In this document: piece after piece, positions 60,270 to 64,000 of the stretch | Layout: each line of letters opens with the position of its first letter | Numbering within the stretch: the first letter of the stretch is position 1 | Assembly: GCA_965215015.1 (NCBI GenBank) | Contig: OZ244042.1 | Location: forward strand, 4,800,001 to 4,864,000 | DNA from: Candidatus Poribacteria bacterium | GTDB lineage: Bacteria; Poribacteria; WGA-4E; PCPOR2b | Direction of reading: 5' to 3' | DNA: 64,000 bases | Made by a program: the position numbers and the translations under genes | The notes under the pieces: model-generated | Databases searched by the model: none | What the model saw: only the letters and a program-made list of their open reading frames with translations | Told to the model about the DNA's origin: nothing

Positions 60270-61277
60270 CTATCCTTCTACACTCCTCAACTCTTCGACA
60301 AACCGTCCCATATCAGCCGGCATTGGGGCTAAAAAGGTCAGTCGCTCGTCCGTCTCCGGATGGGTGAATCCAAGTGTATGAGCGTGCAGAGCTTGGCGAT
60401 TGAGTGCCACCAGGGCTTCTTTGATAACAGGGGAAGGGGCATCGCGGGCAGCGCGAGCGTAGCCGCCCCCATAGACATGATCGCCGGCAACGGGATGTCC
60501 GATATGGCTGAGATGGACGCGGATCTGGTGGATACGTCCCGTTTCCAATGTCAGTTTAAGGAGGGAAAATCGGTCATACCGTTCGAGAAGGTAATATTGA
60601 GTAACTGCATGACGCCCACCTGTCCCTGTTACGGTCATTTTTCGCCCATCTCTTGAGCTTCGGATGATTCGGGCATTGACAGTTCCTGTTTCGTTAGGGA
60701 GGACGCCGCAAACAACAGCGTAGTAGTGGCGTGCGGTGGTATGTGCTTCAAACTGAGCCGAAAGGTGCCGATGGGCGTGATCCGTCTTAGCGGCGACAAT
60801 CACGCCGGAGGTATCTTTGTCGAGACGATGCACGATGCCGGGGCGTTGAACGCCGCCAATACCGGGGAGGGCCTCACAGTGGTGGAGCAGCGCATTGACA
60901 AGCGTACCGGATTGGGCTTCGCCGGCGGGGTGAACGGTCATACCAGCTGGCTTATTCACGACAATCAGAGCGGAATCTTCATACAAAATATCGAGCGGAA
61001 TGGGTTCAGGGACAATTGTCTGAAGGGGGCGCGGGGCGGGAAGTATGAGAGAAACCTGACTGCCGGTTCGGAGCTTGTAGCCGGGCTTGGACGGTTTGCC
61101 GTTTACGGTTATGGCACCCTCTCGAATCAGTTTTTGAATATATGTTCGGGACAGGGGAAAAGGGAACGACACATCTGCCTCTGTCTCCACCCGCTCTGAA
61201 AGTTGTGTCTCGATAAAGCGGTCAAGTCGAATACCTTGCCCATCCTGAGTAATGTGGAAGATTTGAGATTTTGACAT
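60270..61277 (-). CDS. rluD: RluA-family pseudouridine synthase with S4 domain (RluD-like)
   Basis: RLDRF, VNKPAGM.VHP, RPGIVHRLDKDTSG, LETGR.HQIRVH, RQALHA. Confidence 0.9.
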   Translation of the reverse strand: MSKSQIFHITQDGQGIRLDRFIETQLSERVETEADVSFPFPLSRTYIQKLIREGAITVNGKPSKPGYKLRTGSQVSLILPAPRPLQTIVPEPIPLDILYEDSALIVVNKPAGMTVHPAGEAQSGTLVNALLHHCEALPGIGGVQRPGIVHRLDKDTSGVIVAAKTDHAHRHLSAQFEAHTTARHYYAVVCGVLPNETGTVNARIIRSSRDGRKMTVTGTGGRHAVTQYYLLERYDRFSLLKLTLETGRIHQIRVHLSHIGHPVAGDHVYGGGYARAARDAPSPVIKEALVALNRQALHAHTLGFTHPETDERLTFLAPMPADMGRFVEELRSVEG

Positions 61278-61462
61278 GAGAGGGATATGTTTGTCCAAGA
61301 CTACCCGAAGGTTCCAGTTAAATCGAAAATCATCGGGAACGCGTGAAACGTGATAGACGAAATTCGTCACACTATTTTTTCAAAAAAAACTCGGGAACCG
61401 TTGCGCGATTTCTTAACAGGAGCGTTTCACGAATATAGTAATAGAACATGCTATCGGACTAT

Positions 61463-62845
61463 CTACATAATATGAATGGCACGGTCATAGGCTGCTTCGG
61501 CGGATTCCTTAACGGTTTCAGCAAGGGTTGGATGGGCGTGGATTGTGTGCGCCAGATCTGCAACCGACGCCTCCAGACGGATAGCAACTGCGGCTTCATG
61601 GATCAGGTCTGAAGCGTGTGCCCCAAGGATATGGACGCCGAGAATATCGCCAAATTCCTCATCTGAGATAACCTTGACGAACCCATCTGACTCACGCATC
61701 CCTAGAGCCTTACCGCTGGCTGCATAAGGGAATCGACCAACCTTGACTGTGTAACCCTCTTCCCGGGCTTGCTCCTCTGTCATGCCACATCTGGCGATTT
61801 CGGGAATCGTGAAAACACACCACGGTATTGTGCCGTAATCCATCTCCGATTCTCTGCCCATGCAGTTTTGTGCAGCGATAATCCCCTCCGCCGATGCGAC
61901 ATGGGCCAATAGATACCGGCTCGCTACATCGCCGACCGCGTAGATGCCCGGCACATTGGTTTCCATCCGTTCATCGACCACAATCTTGCCCCTATCTGTA
62001 CGGACGCCAACGGTTTCTAGTCCAATGCCTTCGGAGTTGAAACTTCTGCCAATGGAAATCAACATTTTTTCTGCGTTGAAACTTTCGCCGGATTCCAGCG
62101 TCGCAGCCACACCAGATTCTGCTTTGTCTACACTCGCCACGTTGGCGTTTGTCTTGATTTCGATTCCTTTCCTTCTCATTAAAAGGCGAAGTTGTCGGAC
62201 AATCTGCGTATCCTCCGTAGCGAGAATTGTCGGCAACAGTTCAAGGATGGTAACATCGCAGCCCAATCCGTTGAAAATCGAAGCAAATTCACAACCGGCG
62301 ACACCACCGCCAACAATGATGAGACTCTTGGGAAGTTCCGTTAATTCGAGAATTCCTGTCGTCGTCAGCACCTGTTGTTCATCAATATCAAATAGGGGAA
62401 TATTCGCAGGCTCAGAACCGGTAGCGATAATAATCTGGTTCGCGTCAATCTGCTCTTGTGTGCCATCCCCTTTCGTCGTTTCTATCCTATTCCTCCCGAT
62501 GAGGACACCGGTTCCGTTAATTGTGTCAACCCCATTCCTTTTGAGTAGCTGTGCAATCCCACTGGTGAGTTTCTGGACGGTGGTATCCTTATGTCCTAGC
62601 ACCTGCGAATAATCGATCTCCGCACCACTAATCTTGACCCCGAATCCCTCTGCTTCCCGAACCTGCGTGACGAAGTGGGCCACCGAAAACAGTGTTTTGG
62701 TCGGAATACACCCTCGATTTAGACATGTGCCCCCCCATGCCCCTTTTTCGATTAAGCAAATTTTGCCCCCCAGCTGGGCAGCCTTAATCGCCGCGACATA
62801 GCCGCCCGGGCCGCCCCCAATAATACCAACATCGTAAGTAGACAT
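61463..62845 (-). CDS. lpdA: dihydrolipoyl dehydrogenase
   Basis: GGGPGGYVAA, GGTCLNRGCIPTK, IHAHPTLAE. Confidence 0.96.
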   Translation of the reverse strand: MSTYDVGIIGGGPGGYVAAIKAAQLGGKICLIEKGAWGGTCLNRGCIPTKTLFSVAHFVTQVREAEGFGVKISGAEIDYSQVLGHKDTTVQKLTSGIAQLLKRNGVDTINGTGVLIGRNRIETTKGDGTQEQIDANQIIIATGSEPANIPLFDIDEQQVLTTTGILELTELPKSLIIVGGGVAGCEFASIFNGLGCDVTILELLPTILATEDTQIVRQLRLLMRRKGIEIKTNANVASVDKAESGVAATLESGESFNAEKMLISIGRSFNSEGIGLETVGVRTDRGKIVVDERMETNVPGIYAVGDVASRYLLAHVASAEGIIAAQNCMGRESEMDYGTIPWCVFTIPEIARCGMTEEQAREEGYTVKVGRFPYAASGKALGMRESDGFVKVISDEEFGDILGVHILGAHASDLIHEAAVAIRLEASVADLAHTIHAHPTLAETVKESAEAAYDRAIHIM

Positions 62846-62866
62846 TGACCCCTCCCATGTAAGTTT

Positions 62867-63760
62867 TCACATCACAGCCGCTAGTTGCTCCCAGATCTCC
62901 TCCGGCACCGGCGTGGTTGCCGCAGCAAAATTCTGTTCAACCTCCGTCGCGTCTTTAGAACCTGTCAGGCTCATATGGATCAGCGGTTGACGCAAGCAGA
63001 ATTGGACTGCCAAATTGAGGAGGTTCTGATTATTTTCCGCCGCCCACTGCCAAAGTCGATGCGCTTGTTCCCCCTCCGGCGGTCGCGCTGTCACGTCCGG
63101 TTCAACGCCGGAGAGCAAGCCCATCGCAATGGGACTGCCGTTGATTACGCCGATATCGTGCTGTGCCGCAAAGGGCAACAAGCTATCAGCAGCGGTTTGA
63201 CTAAGCAGCGTGTAGTCGAGGAAGGTCAGAATCACATCCACAACGCCGGTTTCAATCGCGATACGGTGAAACTCATGTTCACGAACACCCAACCCAATAA
63301 AGCGTAACATGCCTTCTTCGCGCATCCGTTGGAGCTCCTCAAACGCTCCACCCTTTGCAATCACAGGGGCCATGCTGTCTGGATCGTGAACGAGGCACAC
63401 ATCCAGATAGTCTGTACCCAGCAAACGGAGACTATTTTCGACACTTCTGCGTGTCGTTGACGCCGAAAAGTCACCACGCCATTCCGGATGTGTCCCTATT
63501 TTCGTCGCCAAGTAAATTTTTGCTCGCCAGCCGCCAGCCAACGCGAGTCCAATCCGTCTCTCGCTTTCACAAGCCCCATACAATGGTGCCGTGTCGAGGT
63601 AGTTCATCCCCAATTCTATTGCCCGATGCACCGCTTCAATCGCTTCGTCGTCTGATACATTGTTCCGCCCAACACCTGCACCGCCCATGCTGAGGGCGGT
63701 TACCTCTAAGCCTGTGCGCCCCAACCGACGGCGGGGCAGGATTGCACCTTGATTTGCCAT
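62867..63760 (-). CDS. aldo/keto reductase
   Basis: LGRTGL, DTAPLYG, ATK, SL.LLGTDYLD...HD. Confidence 0.92.
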   Translation of the reverse strand: MANQGAILPRRRLGRTGLEVTALSMGGAGVGRNNVSDDEAIEAVHRAIELGMNYLDTAPLYGACESERRIGLALAGGWRAKIYLATKIGTHPEWRGDFSASTTRRSVENSLRLLGTDYLDVCLVHDPDSMAPVIAKGGAFEELQRMREEGMLRFIGLGVREHEFHRIAIETGVVDVILTFLDYTLLSQTAADSLLPFAAQHDIGVINGSPIAMGLLSGVEPDVTARPPEGEQAHRLWQWAAENNQNLLNLAVQFCLRQPLIHMSLTGSKDATEVEQNFAAATTPVPEEIWEQLAAVM

Positions 63761-63776
63761 GGTCCCTCCTTATCGA

Positions 63777-64000
63777 TTATAACTCCCGGTGTAAATGCCC
63801 GCGACGCCCATCCGGCGCAATGACACTGACCCACTGAATTCCTTTTACAGCGTCGTCGGGAACATGTCCATGCTCCACTCCCTTAGGGGTTACAACCAAA
63901 TCGCCCGGCCCAATCTGATACGATTGACTCGTGCCATCAGGGGTGCGTAAGGTGACAGTCGTTGTGCCTTCGGTGAAGTACCAATACTCATCGAAGTCAT
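63777..64000 (-). CDS. cupin domain protein (3' part; runs off the window end)
   Basis: Manual translation DFDEYWYFTEG...GPGDLVVTPKGVEH...RRGHLHREL*. Confidence 0.78.
   Translation of the reverse strand, partial: DFDEYWYFTEGTTTVTLRTPDGTSQSYQIGPGDLVVTPKGVEHGHVPDDAVKGIQWVSVIAPDGRRGHLHREL

Overview
Bacterial chromosomal window, very likely Candidatus Poribacteria: the 16S gene carries exact matches to the Poribacteria-targeted oligos POR389f and POR1130 (sequences recalled, not looked up) and mismatches several universal primers. Core content: a minus-strand rRNA operon (16S, tRNA-Ile, tRNA-Ala, partial 23S), a xanthine-dehydrogenase-family molybdoenzyme operon with a MoaD/ThiS protein, lptF/lptG, batA, phnX, ispG, the rpsB-tsf-frr-cdsA-dxr-rseP-pgi/pmi-udg-priA cluster (no pyrH or uppS), lpdA, rluD and many sugar-catabolism paralogues. 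Intergenic DNA is dense with REP-like palindromes, MITE-like elements and two tandem arrays; there is also an intact IS4-family element and an orphan m4C methyltransferase. The most interesting region is an AT-rich defence island at about 19.8-25.2 kb (minus strand). It holds an intact SspD-like PAPS-reductase gene followed by a MORC-type GHKL ATPase and a small GIY-YIG-type nuclease, a candidate undescribed three-gene system. Downstream are a deleted IS200/IS605 (tnpB) remnant and a second, destroyed Ssp-like phosphorothioation locus (30-codon sspD stub and internally deleted sspC-like gene) with an intact phosphorothioate-dependent SBD-HNH restriction nuclease between the remnants. All family calls come from motif recognition by eye; no database searches were run.
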